Of a DNA stretch of 64,000 nt, positions 62,046 through 64,000 are shown piece by piece (within the stretch, counting starts at the first letter, position 1; the number at the start of each line of letters is the position of its first letter). Below the pieces are notes generated by a model. That model had not been told where the DNA came from. It saw nothing but the letters and a program-made list of their open reading frames with translations, and made no database searches. The stretch lies in NCBI GenBank assembly GCA_951406725.2, contig OX597836.1, positions 42,346,001 through 42,410,000 of the forward strand, read 5' to 3'. The translations under genes were made by a program, and so were the position numbers. Source of the DNA: Octopus vulgaris (Eukaryota).

Positions 62046-63640
62046 AATTGAATTTCTCTTCCTGGCTGTGATTCGAATTTCCAATCTAAAACTTCTCTCT
62101 TGCCATTCCACCTATTGTTCTGTCAATAAGGGAACCATGATTAAGGTATTTCCCTCTAGTAACGGTTAGTACTTCGTTGTAGTCGGGGGTCAGCAATTGT
62201 AACGGTTGTTGTTATTATGGTGTTGGCTGCCTGTGTGCAAGATGGGAGAAGAAGAGAGATTGAAGTTGTAATGAGATATTTATTTACCTTCACATTAATA
62301 TATATCCAAAACCACGACAGGTTGGTATGTATAACTGGTTAAATGGAAAAGCATGCGAGGTACAAAGAGTAAATTTCGGCCGGTAGGTGTGTACACGATT
62401 TCATAGTAGTATATATAGAGAGAGATGGTAATGTTACAAAGAAAAGAAAGGGAGTTAGTGAAAGGGAGAGTGGTGGGACGAAACAACTGTTTCGTTGGTG
62501 AGTTTGTTTTGCCGTCAACCAGACTCGGTTCTCACTAACTGACTTTGGCTTGCGGAGTTCTTGTTTTTATAACTATCCAAAACCAGCCAGAAGGATAGAC
62601 ATATTGTTGAGAATAATAGATTTCGTTGGCGGTACCTGTTATCTCTATTCTAGCTTTTGGTGGCCCAGAAGAGGTAAGAAGGGTCAAGTGGCAAAACCAT
62701 TATTCTGCTTAGCGATGGTATCTGGCAAATGTAACTGCAGTCACTCACGGGAAAACTATTGTTTTGCCGTGAGAAAAGAGCTGTTGAACTGTTTAATTAA
62801 ATTTGGCGATTGAGGATCGAATCCACACCAAGCCTTCATGAACCACTGTACTCTCCTGACCTGTTTTTGATAAGTATTCATTCGTTTGTAAATGACTGTT
62901 TATACATTTTCTGCATTTTTCCTGAAACACATATGCAGTCATAACTGCACAAGCACCTGTATCGTTCGATTTTTAGTTCTCCCACATGAAGGTGAGTGTT
63001 GTAGAAACTGGAATTTCTCTTCCTAGCTGAGATTCGAAATCGAATCTGAAACTTCTCGTTTGCCATTCCACTTTTTATTCTGTCAATAAGGGAACCATGA
63101 ATAAGGTATTTCCCTCTTGACCTGTGAACCGTGAGTATCGTAACAAGTTCACGTACGATAAGAGTCGACCTACATCCACCCACCCTTTGTTCACAACGGT
63201 GTGTACACCCGTGTAACTATTGTGTATATTGCTATAAATAAGGTGGCGAGCTGGCAGAAACGTTAGCACGCCGGGCGAAAAGCTGAGCGGTATTTCGTCT
63301 GCCGCTGTATTCTGAGTTCAAATTCCGCCGAGGTCGACTTTGCCTTTCATCCTTTCGGGGTCGATAAATTAAGTACCAGTTACGCACTGGTGTCGATGTA
63401 ATCGACTTAATCCGTTTATCTGTCCTTGTTTGTCCCCTCTGTGTTTAGCCGCTTGTGGGTAGTAAGGAAATAGGTATTTCGTCTGCCGCTACGTTCTGAG
63501 TTCAAATTCCGCCGAGGTCGACTTTGCCTTTCGTCCTTTCGGGGTCGATTAAATAAGTACCAGTTACGCACTGGGGTCGATATAATCCACTTATTCTGTT
63601 TGTCTGTCCTTGTTTGTCCTCTCTGTGTTTAGCCCCTTTA
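62040..63640. repeat. Direct repeat of the ~215-1800 block
   Basis: Near-identical sequence; ORFs 1073-1378 and 62878-63183 are paralogous. Confidence 0.9.
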
Positions 63641-64000
63641 GATCTAATCAACTGGCCCACTTCCCCAAAATTTCGAGTAGAAAAGTATATTGTTATAAAT
63701 ACAAACATAGGAGCACTCCGTCGGTTACGACGATGAGGGTTCCAGCTGATACAATCAACGGAACAACTTGCTCGTGCAATTAACGTGCAAGTGGCTGAGC
63801 ACTCCACAGACACGTGCACCCTTAACGTCGTTCTCGAGGAGATTCAGCGTGACACAGAGTGTGACAAGGCTGGCCCTTTGAAATACAGGTACAACAGAAA
63901 CAGGAAGTAAGAGTGAGAGAAAGTTGTGGTGAAAGAGTACAGCAGGGATCACCACCTTCCCTGCAGGAGCGTTGTGAAGCTTTAGGTGTTTTCGCTCAAC

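Overview
AT-rich, microsatellite- and SINE-dense animal DNA; the repeat families suggest an octopus or other coleoid cephalopod (inference). The window holds two tandem paralogues of a minus-strand multi-exon gene that I assembled by hand from GT-AG sites. It encodes a STAND/NB-ARC-like ATPase followed by TPR-like helical repeats and a C-terminal CxxC segment, i.e. an NLR-like architecture with no obvious N-terminal effector domain. Copy B (58070->34500) has 10 exons, 2577 nt and 858 aa, an intact Walker A (GLPYVGKT) and Val at the MHD-acid-equivalent position. Copy A (20796->3486) keeps exons 2-10 open, lacks the P-loop exon at the homologous position and has an in-frame ATG just upstream of exon 2. 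A block at the window start (~1-1800) recurs at ~62040-63640, suggesting a longer tandem array. The introns carry many paralogue-specific insertions in or beside (TA)n tracts: Penelope-like GIY-YIG retroelements, a ~490-bp retrozyme-like unit and several families of type I hammerhead ribozymes, often as inverted pairs. Helitrons, mariner/Tc1 and LINE remnants, tRNA-derived SINEs and satellites are also present. All calls were made by eye; no searches were run.
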